Source: Squalus acanthias
Taxonomy: Eukaryota
Assembly (NCBI GenBank): GCA_030390025.1
Contig: CM059432.1
Span: forward strand, 121,770,001-121,834,000
Direction of reading: 5' to 3'
DNA length: 64,000 nucleotides
Below are positions 1 through 13,531 of the stretch, piece after piece. Below the pieces are notes generated by a model, which was given only the letters and a program-made list of their open reading frames with translations, was not told the DNA's origin and did no database searches. The stretch's first letter is position 1. Each line of letters begins with the position of its first letter. Both the position numbers and the translations under genes were made by a program.

Positions 1-1212
1 CTAGGCCTCACTGGTGCACGCTGAAGCCTGGAGGGCTACTCTGCAGGAAATGTAATTCGTTATATAATTAGTTATGTTTATAATTCTGTTGAGAAATTTC
101 CAGATAGCATTTTACTTATTAATCTATGTTGATTTTGTTTTCGCTAAATTCTTTTCTGCAAGCCTGCAGGGTTAATATTAGAGGGATTAATACTGCTCCT
201 TTGATATACTTTATTATGGACATGCTTAATTGGTCAGATTAAAGGCATTAAAATTAATGTTTCCCCACGTTTATTTTGTGAGATTTGTGTCAATTCCCCC
301 CTCGTCTTTCTTTTCTCTCTTGCAAGCGCAATATCTGAAAGTGTACAGAGGCAATCAGCTCCAAGCCTACAGGGGTCAACATTCACAATGGAAGTAGAAT
401 GGGGTTCCCTGTAGAGTAAAATATTTAAGCCAAGAAATTACTTATGGCAATATTAGCAGACGAATGCGTACCACCTTAAATAGATGAATAAGTCCATTAA
501 AATAGCAAATAAAGGAATGTCTGACAAATATTTTATATGGCTAGCAGCTAATATCGCAGTTACAGTCAAGGTCCTCTCAAAAAGCTCTGTACTCAAGATC
601 ACAACAAAAGACAATTTCTAAAAACAGACCTGCTCCTTTTATGAACTGAAACTTAAGCATATAGTTTGCAGTGAATGGGTTGCAGCATGCAAGAGAACTA
701 TATAGCCTTTCACCAGAAATGGTACAAGATGCCTCCTGGTTTCTCTAATAGATGGGGAAACACAACAATTACAGAATATATATCTAATGTTAACCTAAGA
801 ATTGTTTATTACAAGAAAGAACTGCACATAAAAGCAAGTAAAATCAGCAGAAAAAAGTGGATTGATGTACTTAATGCCATTGTATTTACTTTCCTCCAAC
901 TAAATATTGGGAAGACCGAAGCCATGGGCCGGAATTTTCTGTACCTCGGGTGCGGGTGGTCGCCGTGGCGGGTCGTGACCCCGTTCTTCATCCAGTGCCG
1001 CTCCTGGGATCGACTTTCCATTAATGGGGCCTATTAAGGCCGCCCTGTGCGTTTCCCGGCTCAATTAAATGGTGCGGGTCTGATGACGTCATCGATGACG
1101 CGTTTTCAGCCGGGATATTTAAAGGAGCCATGACCACATTGCATTTGAAGGTTCATGTAGGAGTGTGCAGGCAGCACACTGCACAATTGGACTGCCGGAA
1201 AGAGTGCCAAAC

Positions 1213-2090
1213 ATGACTGCACAGAGGCAGAGGGCTGCACCCAGGTTCTCCGATGACTCCATCAATATGTTTCTGGAGGGAGTGAGAGCATGCAGGGAGG
1301 TTCTCTTCCCTTCTAATGGGCGCAAGAGACCGCCCCAGGACACAAAAGGAGCCTGGCTTCAAATAGCAGAGGACATCATACAGCAGGGATGTGCTCAGGA
1401 GGACCTGGGCGCAGTGCCGGAAACGTTTCAATTATCTCATTAGATCAGGAAAGATGAGTGCAACGCCACACTCAACTTCGTCCTGCTGTGCCTCTCATCA
1501 CATCCCCATCACTCTGCCTTCCCAAGCCTACTCCTGCACATCCTTACTCACACCAACATACCTTGCACGCCCACCCATCCCTCTCTCTCTATCTACATTT
1601 TCACTTCCCCATCTCACTAGCCACCTGTCATACTCACCCTCATCCTCATGCAATCATACCAACCAACTAACAACGCACAAGGAGACCACTTGGCATTGCC
1701 ACCCCACTCCACCATAGTCACCCTCTAAAGATATAACCCATTCATTCCGGTGCAGCAAGGTGCTCTCCAGCTCCTCGCTAGCAGGGAAGTGCGGGTGGTC
1801 CATGAGAGGGATGATGGTGACAGGGGACATGGATGTGGGGCCTCCTCTCAAAGTGCTCACACTTCTCCCCCATTGCCACACCCTCCATCAGAGCCCCAGA
1901 TGCTTCCTCGGATAGCAATGTCCGAGTCTGCCCCTGCACAGTCGCAGGAGGGCGGGGCCATCACAAGCTCCAAAACCCAGAGGACGTCTGCCAAAAGGGT
2001 CTGTGCAGTCGCAGCAGGGAAGTGAGCAGGCTCTGCTGAAGCCACAGGGGTAGTACCTCGTAGATGCACTTGTAAGAGAAAGATGAAACT
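1213..2090 (+). pseudogene. Myb/SANT-like Harbinger accessory gene remnant
   Basis: MTAQRQRAAPRFSDDS...WLQIAE / RRTWAQCRKRFNYL (frameshifted); 1790-2090 resembles the C-terminal exon of the other copies. Confidence 0.75.
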
Positions 2091-3239
2091 CCTCCTCCTC
2101 TTCTTCCAGCTGATGTTCCTCCTCCTGCTCCTCCTCCTCTGAAGAGGCTGTGCGCTCAGTGCCTTGCTCCTCATGCTGCGCTAATTCTCGCTGCTGCGCT
2201 ATGTTGCGCAGGGCGCGGCAGACCACAATGATTCTGGGGACCCTGGCTGGTGTGTACTGAAGGGCTAATCCAGATCTGTCAAGGCATCTTAAGCACATTT
2301 TCAGTATGCCTATTGTCTGCTCTATGACACATCTGGTGGAAATGTAGCTTTCATTATATCTCTCCTCGGCCTCAGTACTTGGCCTCTTCAAGGGTGTCAT
2401 GAGTCACATCTTCAGTGGATAGTCCTAGTCTCCAAGCAGCCAGCCGGAAAGTCTATTTGGAGGAGCGAAGAGCTGAGGGAGGGTGGACTGGTGCAGGATG
2501 AAAGAGTCATGGCAGCTGCCAGGGAATTTGGTGCACACATGCGTGATGATCTTCCTATGGTTGCACACCAGCTCACATTGAGGGAGTGGAAGCCCTTGTG
2601 ATTGACAAAGACTCCTGGGTGATGGTGGGGTGTCCTGATGGCCAGATGTGTGCAGTCAATGACACCCTGCACCCGTGGGAAGCCAGCCAGAGTGGCAAAG
2701 CCGAGCGCCCGTTCAGTAGCATTGGCTTCATCTGTGGCAAAGTTGATATAATTGGCGGACTTGTCAAAGAGGGCATTGGTGACCTGTGTGATGCATCTGT
2801 GGGCGGCCAACTGCAAGATGCTGCAAATGTCTGCTGCAGATCCCTGGAAGGAGCCTGAGGCGAAGAAGTTGAGGGCACTGGTGACTTTGACAGCCACTGG
2901 TACGGCGTGTCCATCCGCTCCTCTGGGCTGCAGCTCTTGCTCCAGCAATGTGCAAATGTCTGCGATGACCTGGCGCGATAGCCTGAGCCTCCTTTGGCAC
3001 TGCTGCTCCGTCATGTTGAGGAAGCTCATCCTCTGCCTGTATACCCTGTGTTGGGGGTATCGCCTCTGGCGTGGTGCAGCCCTGCGCTGATGCCCTCTGT
3101 CCCGTGCAGCATCAGGTGGTTGAGGAGAAGGTCGGTGGTGTTGTTGTTGTTGCTGCTGGTGTGCCTGGTGCTGCTGGTGTTGGGGCTGATTGTGGTCAGA
3201 TTCTGAGGACCAAGGTGGGAGAGTATAAATGGCAGACAT
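2070..3239 (-). pseudogene. HARBI1-like DDE transposase, frameshifted
   Basis: [40 protein letters not shown], acidic tail, spread over different frames. Confidence 0.9.
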
Positions 3240-4009
3240 GCTGATGGAATAGATGGCAGGTCCAGTAGAGATGAGAGAAGAAAGCAGTCAATGGTGTGAT
3301 GGGTTGTACCAATGAGGTGAGACTGGATGCCAGAGTTGCTGGAAACACTTGCAATCTCTAGAAAGCTGAATCTGTGCTGACAGTGCAGTCAGCAACAGCT
3401 TCTGCCTGAGGATAGTGATCAGCTGTGAGGTGGGAGTTTTTATTGTACTTTCCATGCTGTGCACTAATCAGCTGGATCAATGGACACTCAACTCTTGCCT
3501 CAGGCTCTCAGACATGGTTCCCAAGCTGCGTGATTCCCATGCTCATCCACTGAAATTTGAAAAGTAGGTTGAAAAAGGTGCTTAAGGGTATGACAAGTAC
3601 CTAATAATGATTTGAATGAGCTCACCAGCCTCTGCCATTTGGGTCGCTGCCGCACCGGCAAACGCACCCGAGGGAAAGGCACATGGGGGCGGGATGACGG
3701 CAGGTTCTCGACCCGCTGCAAGATATTTCAAATTTCCCACCCGACCCGACTCCAATCGCGCCCGCACGGACCCCAGAAAATTCCGGCCATTGTCTTCGGT
3801 CCCCGCCACAAGCTCCGTTCCCTAGCCACCGACTCCATTCCTCTCCTTGGCATCTGGCTGAGGCTGAATGAGACTGTTCACAACCTTGGTGTCATATTTG
3901 GCCCTGAGATGAGCTTACATAGAAACATAGAAGATAGGAGCAGGAGTAGGCCATTCGGCCCCTCGAGCCTGCTCCACCATTCGATGAGATCATGGCTGAT
4001 CATCTAAAC

Positions 4010-6999
4010 TCAGTACCCTGTACCTGCTTTCTCCCCATATCCCTTGATACCTTTAGCTTTAAGAAATATATCTAACTCAACCTTGAATATATTTAATGAC
4101 TTCGCCTCAACTACCTTCTGGGTGAAGAAATTCTTCCTCATTTCTGTCCTAAATGGTTTACCCGTTATCCGTAGATTATGACCCCTGGTTCTGGACTCTC
4201 CGACCATCGGGAACATTCTTCCTGCATCTAGTTTGTCCAGACCTGTCAGAATTTTATATGTTTCGATGAGATCCCCTCTCATTCTTCTATACTCCAGTGA
4301 GTATAAGCCCAATCGACCCAATCTCTCCTCATATGTCATTCCTGCCATCCCAGGTATCAGCCTTGTGAATCTTCGCTGAACTCCTTCCATGGCAAGAACA
4401 TCCTTCCTCAGATAAGGCGACCAAAACTGCACACAGTACTCAAGGTGTGGTCTCACCAAGGCCCTGTACAACTGCAGCAGGACATCCCTGCTCCTATACT
4501 CAAACCCTTTCGCTATGAAGGCCAACATACCATTTGCCTTCTTCACCGCCTGCTGCACCTGCATACTTACTTTCAGCGACTGGTGCACAAGGACACCCAG
4601 GTCTCGTTGCACTTCCCCTTCTCCCAATCTATTGCCATTCAGATAATAGTCTGCCTTTCTGTTTTTGACACCAAAGTGGATAACCTCGCACTTATCCACA
4701 TTATATTGCATCTGCCACGCTTCTGCCCACTCACCCAACCTGTCCAGATCATCCTGGAGTTTCTCAGTATCCTCCTCGCAGCACACACTCCCACCCAGCT
4801 TTGTGTCATCTGCAAACTTGGAGATATTACATTTAATTCCCTTATCTAGATCATTAATGTATATTGTGAATAGCTGGGGTCCAAGGACCGATCCCTGCGG
4901 TACCCCACTAGTCACTGCTTGCCACTCGGAAAAAGACCCATTAATTCCTACTCTCTGCTTTCTGTCCGCCAACCAGTTCTCTATCCAAGTCAATACCTTG
5001 CCCCCAATCCCATGTGCCTTAACTTTACCCGCTAATCTCTTATGCGGGACCTTATCGAAAGCCTTTTGAAAGTCCAAATACACCACATCTACTGGTTCTC
5101 CTTTATCTATTTTCCCCATTACATCCTCAAAAAATTCCAGTAGATTAGTCAAGCACGATTTACCTTTTGTAAATCCATGTTGACTTTGTCCGATCCTGTC
5201 ACTGTTTTTCAAATGCTCAGCTATTACATCCTTTATAATGGACTCTAGCATTTTCCCCACTACCGATGTCAGGCTTACCAGTCTGTAATTCCCCGCTTTC
5301 TCTCTACCACCCTTTTTGAATAGTGGGGTAACATTAGCTACTCTCCAATCCATGGGTACAGTTCCAGATTCCATCGAATGTTGGAAGATGATCAGCAATG
5401 CATCTACTATTTCTAGGGCCACTTCCTTAAGTACCCTAGGATGTAGATTATCAGGCCCTGGGGATTTATCAGCCTTCAATACCGTCAATTTCCCTAACAC
5501 CATTTCCCTGCAAATACTGATTTCTTTCAGTTCCTCCCTTTCATCAGACCGTATGTTCTCCAACATCTCTGGGAACTTATTTGTGTCCTCCTTTGTGAAG
5601 ACAGAACCAAAATATGCATTTAATTGGGCTGCCATTTCTTTGTTCCCCATTATAACTTCCCCCGCTTCTGACTGCGAGGGACCTACACTTGATTTCACTA
5701 ATCTTTTTCTCTTCACATATCTATAAAAGCTCTTACAGTCAGTTTTTATGTTCCCAGCAAGCTTACTTTCATATTCTATTTTCCCCTTCTTAATTAATCC
5801 CTTTGTCCTCCTTTGTTGAATCCTAAACTGCTCCCAATCCTCAGGGCTACCGCTTTTTCTGGCCAATTTATATGCACTCTCCTTGGATCTTATGCTATCC
5901 CTAATTTCCCTTGTTAGCCATGGTTGAGTCACCCTTTTTGTTTTATTCTTATGCCACACTGGGATGTACAAATTCTGTAGTTCATCCATGCAGTCTTTGA
6001 ATGTTTGCCATTGCCTATCCACAGTCAACCCCTTGAGTGACATTCCCCAATCAATCCTACCCAATTCGCGCCTCATACCATCGTAGTTTCCTTTATTTAA
6101 ATTCTACAGGCAAAAGGGGTTAAGGGTTACGGAGAGAAGGCGGGGACGGGATACTGAATTGAAGGATCAGCCATGATCTCATTAAATGGCGGAGCAGGCT
6201 CGAAGGGCCGGATGGCCTACTCCTGCTCCTATCTTCTATGTATCTATGTATCTATGTATCTATGTAGGACCCTAGTCTCTGATTCAACTACTTCACTCTC
6301 CATCCTAATGAAGAATTCTATCATATTATGATCACTCTGACCCAAGGGGCCTCGTACAACAAGATTGCTAATTAATCCTTTCTCGTTAAATAATACCCAG
6401 TCTAAGATGGCCTGCTCTCTGGTTGGTTCCTCGACATATTGTTCCAGAAAACTATCTCGTAAACATTCTAGGAATTCCTCCTCCACAGTATTTTTACTAA
6501 TTTGGTTAGCCCAATCTATATGTCAATTAAAGTCACCCATGATGACTGCTGTGCCCTTACTGCATGCTTCTCTAATTTCCCTTTTAATGTCGTCCCCAAC
6601 CTCCGTATTACTGTTTGGAGGTCTATATACCACTCCCACTAACGTTTTCTGCCCCTTGTTATTTCTCAGTTCTACCCATACAGATTCCGCATCATCAGAG
6701 CTAATATCCTTCCTTTCAATTGTGTTAATCCCCTCTTTAACCAGCAATGCTACCCCACCTCCCTTTCTTTTTTGCCTATCTTTCCTAAATATTGAATAAC
6801 CCTGGATGTTGAGTTCCCAGCCTTGGCCACCCTGGAGCCATGTTTCTGTAATCCCAATCAAATCGTATTCATTTACCTCTATTTGCGCAGCTAATTCATC
6901 CACCTTGTTCCGAATGCTCCTTGCATTTAGACACAAAGCCTTCAGGCTTGTTTTTTTAACGCTTTCAGACCTATATGAATTATTATTTACTATGACCAT
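4010..6999 (-). pseudogene. CR1 ORF2 (APE endonuclease + reverse transcriptase), broken by a stop at 6523-6525 and an insertion at 6105-6265
   Basis: NARS, ITETW, MGDFN, SDH (endonuclease); KSPGPD, DFQKAFD, GVPQGS, FADD (RT); the frames line up once the 161-bp insertion is removed. Confidence 0.92.
6105..6265 (+). mobile_element. 5'-truncated CR1 3' tail inserted antisense into CR1 ORF2
   Basis: Matches the reverse complement of 3918-4060; ends in (CTATGTAT)n; host sequence ATTC|AGGACC rejoins across it. Confidence 0.85.
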
Positions 7000-7121
7000 G
7001 TTTGATTTAAACAGTTGAGTTCTTTGCCTTCTACTTTTGTTTTTCTCCTTCCTGTCTTTAGCTTTTATCCTTATTTCCCTTTCCTCTGTCTCCCTGCTCA
7101 GGTTCCCAACCCCCTGCCACT

Positions 7122-8072
7122 TTAGTTTAAACCCTCCCCAACAGCACTAGCAAACACTCCGCCTAGGACATCGGTCCCGGCCCTGCCCAGGTGCAGACCG
7201 TCCCGTTTGTACTGGTCCCACCTCCCCCAGAACCGGTTCCAATGTCCAAGGAATTTGAATCCCTCCACCTTGCACCATTCCTCTAGTCACGTATTCATTT
7301 GAAATATCCTCCTATTTCTACTCTGACTAGCACGTGGCACTGGTAGCAATCCTGAGATTACTACCTTTAAGGTCCTTTTTTTAAATTTACCTCCTAACTC
7401 CCTATATTCTGCTTTTAGGACCTCATCCCGTTTTTTACCTATATCGTTGATGCCTATGTGCACCACGACAACTGGCTGTTCGCCCTCCCCCTCCAAAGTG
7501 TTCTGTAGCCGCTCCGAGATGTCCTTGACCCTTGCACCAGGGAGGCAACACACCATCCTGGAGTCTCGATTGCGGCCGCAGAAACACCTATCTATTCCCC
7601 TTACAATTGAATCCCCTATCACGATAGCTCTTCCACACTTTTTCCTCCCAGCCTGTGCAGCAGAGCCACCCATGGCGCCAGGAAGTTGGCTGCTGCTGCC
7701 TTCCCCTGATAAGTCATCCCCCCCAACAGCATCCAAAGTGGTATATCTGTTTGAGAGGGGGATGGCCACAGGGGACCCCTGCACTACTTGCCTGCACCTC
7801 TTACTCTGCCTGGTGGTCACCCATTCACTTCCTGCCTGTACACCCTTTACCTGCGGTGTGACCAACTCGCTAAACGTGTTTTTCATGACGTTCTCAGTAT
7901 CGCGAATGCTCCAATATGCATCCATCCGCAGCTCCAGCGCCGCAATGCGGTCCGTCAGTAGCTGCAGCTGGATACATTTCCCACACACATGGTCGTCAGG
8001 GACACAGGAAGTGTCCCTGATTTCCCACATATTGCAGGAGGAGCACACCACAGCACCGAGCTCTCCTGACAT
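7122..8072 (-). pseudogene. CR1 ORF1p (zinc finger + coiled coil + SGNH esterase), premature stop at 7287-7289
   Basis: CSSC...CGKC, IVIGDSIVR, CCLPGA, HIGIND; in-frame ...GLN* ends at 7122. Confidence 0.85.
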
Positions 8073-8946
8073 GACTTACCCTTTAATTAATTAATTAAAA
8101 TTAAACTAATTGAATCCCACCAATTTCACTTCAATTAAATGATATACTCAAGGGCCCTTGTTTAACAGCAGTCCCCGCTACACCACAGAGACTCTAGAAA
8201 CTATAAACCACAGAATTTAAGTATGGAAAAAAGGAGAAAAAGAGAAATACTCACCAACCAATCACTTACCTGCTTTCTGGTGATGTCACACTTTGATTAT
8301 TTTCTACTTCTCTCTCTCCCGCTCTCGGGGCTCAGATTGGTAAGCCTACCTGGTGGCCGCATAACCGCAGCATCACTAAGACCGCCTATTTCCACCTCCG
8401 TAACATCACCCGACTCTGCCCCTCCCTCAGCTCATCCGCTGCTGAAACCCTCATCCATGACTTTGTTACCTCTAGACTTGACTATTCCAATGCACTCCTG
8501 GCTGACCTCCCACATTCTACCCTACATAAACTTAAGGTCATCCAAAACTCATCTGCCTGTGTCCTAACTCGCACCAAGTCCCATTCACCCATCACCCATG
8601 TGCTTGCTGACTTACATTGGCTCCCGGTTAAACAACGCCCTGATTTTAAAATTCTCATCCTTGTTTTCAAATCCCTCCATGGTCTCGCCCCTTCCTATCT
8701 CTGTAATCTCCTACAGCCCCACAACCTTCCGAGATATCTGCGCTCCTCTAATTCTGGCCTCTCACGCATCCCCGATTTCAATCGCTCCACCATTTGTGCC
8801 TTCAGCTGCCTTGGCCCTAAGCTCTGGAATTCCCTCCCTACACCTCTCCGCCTCTCTACCTCTCTTTCCTCCTTTAAGACGCTCCTTAAAACCTACCTCT
8901 TTGACCAAGCTTTTGGTCATCTGCCCTAATATCTCCTTATGTGGAT

Positions 8947-9110
8947 CAGGAGTTAGATATATTTCTTAAGGCTAAAGGGATCAAGGGATATGGGGAGAAA
9001 GCAGGGACAGGGTACTGAATTTGGATGATCAGCCATGATCTCATTAAATGGTGGAACAGGCTCGAGGGGCGGAATGGCCTACTCCTGCTCCTATCTTCTA
9101 TGTTTCTATG
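8947..9110 (+). mobile_element. CR1 3' tail fragment inserted in the L2
   Basis: Same 3' UTR as 3918-4080; ends CTATGTTTCTATG. Confidence 0.8.
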
Positions 9111-9499
9111 TGTCAAATTTTGGTTTCTAATGCTCCTGTGAAGCGCCTTGGGACGTTTTACTATGTTAAAGGCACGATATAAATACAAGTTGTTGTTGTT
9201 ACCTTAAACTATTCCCTGAGTCCAACACATAAATTATATTGAGATTCTTATAATGCTTTTTCAGAGTCGCTTGCATGATCTTGTACTCTTATGGTAGGAA
9301 TTTCCATTAAATGCAGACTCTCCAATGTCACAATCTCTTGAACCACCTTGCTTTCAAGGCTGCTGAAAATGTAACATACCTGCCAACCCTTGTCTGCTCT
9401 GTTTCCATACTGGCGCCTAAGACAACGTTTCTGGCAGTTTGACTCCAGAAAGCTTGTAATTTGTCTCCTTGGCATCAGCGCGACATCTGTGCTTGCTCA

Positions 9500-10110
9500 G
9501 AAGTGGCAAAGTATGAATTTTTGGGAGTGAGTCAGTTAACACCAGAAGTGATGTTTTGGGAGCCATGACTCAAGTGAAGAAGATGAGGATTGACATATTG
9601 AGCTGTCTGCTCCCAACGTAGACATTTAGCAACTCTGTAAAATACTTGAGAGCCAGTCCAGGATTCTCTTCCAAGCGACAATGTTCCAGTATGGTGCTGC
9701 TCTGGCGTCACCGCTATCCCTACCCAAGGTGGACTCCTGGATTGTAAGGGAATTCTGCAACAATAGTCATCATTTCAGAATCCTAGTTGAGAAGGCTGGG
9801 TCACAGATTTAGTCACCCATCCAGTTAATATGGTCAAGCTCAGCACTGGGGTGGAGAAAGCCCAAAACATGTGGTGAAATTCAGCGTCGTCATTATTAGA
9901 GTTAAGATTTTCAAGTCTGTAATGAGACTTTGCTTGACAACACCACAACCTCTCCCATTTCCCGAAGTGACTTTGCCATAAAATGAGGCAGGGACAGGAG
10001 CCTGCTGGCCTGATTTGATGACCTCAATTTGACCCCAGTGAGGGGAGCCTCACAACATCTGTCCTTCAGAGTATGACCGTTATTGAGACATCAGCTTGGG
10101 GGTTTTGTCA
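9500..10110 (-). pseudogene. Possible very old Harbinger transposase fossil
   Basis: Minus-strand GFLHPSAEL (cf. GFHSLNVQL), MTIVAEFP (cf. LHVCAKFP) and KVT in the expected order; no open frame. Confidence 0.35.
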
Positions 10111-10185
10111 GCCTTTTTTTTTGAAGCTCTTCATTAGATTTTGCTAGTTTCTTAGGATGTCACGTATGAGTTATGTTACATACCA

Positions 10186-11170
10186 ACATACGAAAACAGC
10201 GGATAGGAAAATACCAGCTGGTCAATCAGGCCTGCCTCACACCATGATGTCTGGAGCATCATAAGTAGACCCTTCCTATCGACTCCCTCCCCTGCAGCAA
10301 TATAATCTCCTAGGAGGGTGAAAAAAAAAACCAGAAAAATCCCAGGTCAATAAGGGGAAAGAAAACCTCTGCAATATTCCTCTCAGACCCCCTCAGGTGA
10401 TCGAAACCAGTAAAGGAGATCACATAGACCATGCTTACGTTCATTACTAATCCACTTACCTTTTATATGGTGTGATCTCTACCCCAACCAAGAACCAGTC
10501 CAGTTTCCTTTTGAAGGCAATGCAGCGAGTCAGCACACACCACACCTGCAGGCAATGCATTCCAGAGGATCACAACTCGCTGGGAAAAGAAGTACTACCT
10601 AACATCTGACCTATTCTTACTCTTGCATAGTTTAAGTGCACGTTCCCCTAGTCCTCCCCAAACTGTTAAACTGAAATAATCTATCAATAGGCATGCAATC
10701 CAGCCCTTTCATTATTTTATGTACCTCTATCAGGTCGCCTCTAAGTGTACGCTGCTTTAAAGTAAATAGATCCGATCCAGCTCTTTAAGCCTATCTGAGT
10801 AACTAAGGTTCTTTTAAACTAGGAATCGTTCTCTTCCCTGAACCTTTTCCAAGGCCTCTATATCACCCACCATGTGAGGCGACCAAAACTGGATGCAGGT
10901 TAACCAAGGACCTGTATAATGACAGAATAGTGTCCTTTGATTTGTACTGAATGTACTGAATGTTTCTATTAATGCAGCCCCATAGCCTGTTTGCTTTGGC
11001 TATGGGTTCTCTGTGTTGGTCATAAACCTTGAGTGGTCTGTGCACCTAGATCCTTTCTCGCTCAACTGCTTCCAGTATTGTTCCCATTAAATGTTAAGTA
11101 TATTCTGTGCTGGTACTACCTACATGCATTGCACTGTATTTATCTAGCCAAAATGCCATTTTCCATTGTT
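10186..11170 (-). mobile_element. Degraded CR1 3' fragment
   Basis: KANRLWGCINRNI.YKSKDTILSLYRSLV; RGDLIEV on -. Confidence 0.7.
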
Positions 11171-11889
11171 ACCCATTGACCTTATGAACAAACACTACAT
11201 TATGCACCTAAGTGGTCCACAAGGACAAAAAATTTGGACAGACAGTCCTGCTTTAGATCTTTATGGATAAACGAGGTTGGATTTATTTCATGATGTTTTG
11301 GGTACAGTTATCTTAACAGAAGCAGCTCTTGTAGACTTATCACTCATGCATTTACTGATGCTAATGGCAATGTCTTATCCTCTGCCCATTTTTCACAGTA
11401 TTATACTGTACAAGTTGTTTGTGTAAAATCTGATCCATATAACCACTTTGTCCATGTTTCCAAAATCAATGTCTGCATTTAGCTTAACAATGTCATTTTG
11501 GTTAGGCTGGCTCACATAAAATTTTACTGTGAAAAATTCTATGCTTCACTCATGCAATTATTGCTACGGTCCAACAGGCACTCTGACTTTTTCCACTAAA
11601 CCACAGATGCCTGCTTTTGACAGGGATTCACAGGTAACCACAATTTTTTTCTCTTCTCAAGTAAATTACAATTCTTGTCGATCACACAAAAATAGATAAT
11701 CAGCCGTAATTTAACAAATCATCTCTGTCATCATCTTTGGAAAATCACAGGCAGGGTATTGCCAAATCTTTGATTTATACCTCACTGACAGCAGTATAGA
11801 CTCAAAAAGTTAACCCCCAAAGGTTTGTAAACTGCGGTTCCTGAACCTTAGTAGCCTGTAACAGGGACCTAGAATTTTGTGAGGCCAAC

Positions 11890-12025
11890 AGCAACTACAA
11901 CTTGCATTTATATAGCGCCTTTAACATAGGAAAGCATCCCAAGGCGCTTCACAGAAGTGTAATCAGACAGAAATTGACACCAAGCCAAAGAAGAAGATAT
12001 TATAAGGGTTGGCTTAAAGCTTGAT
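11890..12025 (-). mobile_element. L2 3' tail fragment
   Basis: ACAACTTGCATTTATATAGCGCC... is the reverse complement of the L2 end at ~44100. Confidence 0.7.
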
Positions 12026-13531
12026 CTTCAGATTACTGTATTTTTTGACTTACCAACACATTGGCTGCGATTTTGCCTGCTGAGGCGGGTCCGATACGGC
12101 CGGGGTCAGTGGTGTGGTGCAACCCCGCTGCTGGCTCCATCACGCTCTGTGAAAGGAATTTTACGCTGATTGGGCTTGTTAAGCCCACCCAGCGCATTTC
12201 CCGGCCAATTGAAGGAAGCGGGTCTAATGACGTCACTTGATGACGCATCATCAGTAGGTTTCCTTAAAGGGACAATGTGCAAATTGTTTTTGACAGTTGT
12301 GCTGTCAGTGTTCTGCAGCATTGAGGTGCTGCAAACACTGACAAGCACTGCACAGAGGTGCAGGGCTGCACCCAGGCTCTCCCATGACTCCCTCCATATG
12401 CTTATGGAGGGAGTCACAGCACGCAGGGAGGTCTTCTTCCCTTCCCATGGGTGAAAGACACCTCCCCAGGACACCAACGCAGCCTGGTTGCACATTGCAC
12501 AGGAGGACACAAGCAGGGATGTCATTAGGAGGACCAGACTACAGCGGCGCAAACCTTTCAATGATCACAGTAGATCAAGAAACGTTACAGCAAAGCCACA
12601 CTCAACCTCATCCTGCTGTGCCACTCATCACATCCCCATCACTCTGCCTTCCCTAACCTACTCCTGCACATCCTTACTCACACCAAATTATCTTGCACCT
12701 CCACCCATCCCTCTCTATCTACATTATCACTTCTCCATCTCACTAGCCACCCCTCACACTCACCCTCATCCTAGTCCAATCATACCAACTAACAGCACAC
12801 AAGGGTAGGCACTTGGGTGTTTTAAGCAATTTTCATGTGAAGTTTCTGTTAATGTGCTGTCAAACATTAAAATCTTTATTTTCAACACTTTTGTGTCCTT
12901 GGATAGATTTGTGCGCACCTTTGGAAGTGGCTTAGTGAGTTGCACTGAATGGTGAGACATAACGGTACCCCCCGCAATGGTGATGAGTATAAAAGGAATG
13001 GCTTGGCCATTGTAGAGATGCTTTATGGTGTTGGTGTGGGGTGGTGCCAACCTGGTGCATCATGTGGCAGCCAGGGTGTACAGTATCAAGTGAAGTAAAT
13101 TTGGCCATGGTGAGGCCATCCGTGGTGGCCCGGGCAGTAATGTGGTCGGGTGCTGATGCCCTCTGTCCTGTGCAGCATTAGGTGGTTGAGGAGAAGGTTG
13201 GTGGTGTTGTTGTTGGTGCTGCTGGTGTGCCTGGTGCTGCTGGTGTAGGGGCTGATCGTGGTGGGATTCTGAGGACCAAGGTGAGATAGTTTCAAGGGCA
13301 CCGATGCTGATGTAATAGATGGCAGGTGAGGTTGAGATGACAGTAGCGATCTGTCAGTGGTGAGAGAGGTTGTTTCAATGAGATGACACTGGATAGAGAG
13401 TTAGCTCCAAACACTTGTAAGCTGTATAAAGCTCAATCTGTCTTCCAAATGCAGGAAGCAACAGCTTATAACCTTGGAAAGTGAACACCTATGAAATGGG
13501 AGCTTCTATAGACCATTTGCAGCTGTCAAGT

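Larger units (their letters stand above)
926..3788. mobile_element. PIF/Harbinger DNA transposon copy 1 (internally deleted)
   Basis: TIR GGCCGGAATTTTCTG / CAGAAAATTCCGGCC; interrupts the L2 sequence; Myb-like gene on +, nuclease on -; TSD ambiguous. Confidence 0.85.
3918..8340 (-). mobile_element. Near full-length CR1 LINE (HER1-like)
   Basis: ORF1 + ORF2 + 3' UTR hairpin and 8-mer tail (CATAGAAA on +). Confidence 0.9.
875..9200 (+). mobile_element. L2-clade LINE 3' portion, split into pieces (~875-925, 3789-3917, ~8355-8946, 9111-9200) by later insertions
   Basis: FLQLNIGKTEA (890-925) continues after the Harbinger as IVFGPRHKL; C-terminal LADLHWLPVKQR...FKTLLKTYLF (8600-8929); (TTG)n-type tail near 9190. 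Confidence 0.8.

Noticed and set aside
4445..8094. Plus-strand ORFs over the CR1
   Set aside because: Antisense shadows of LINE coding sequence.
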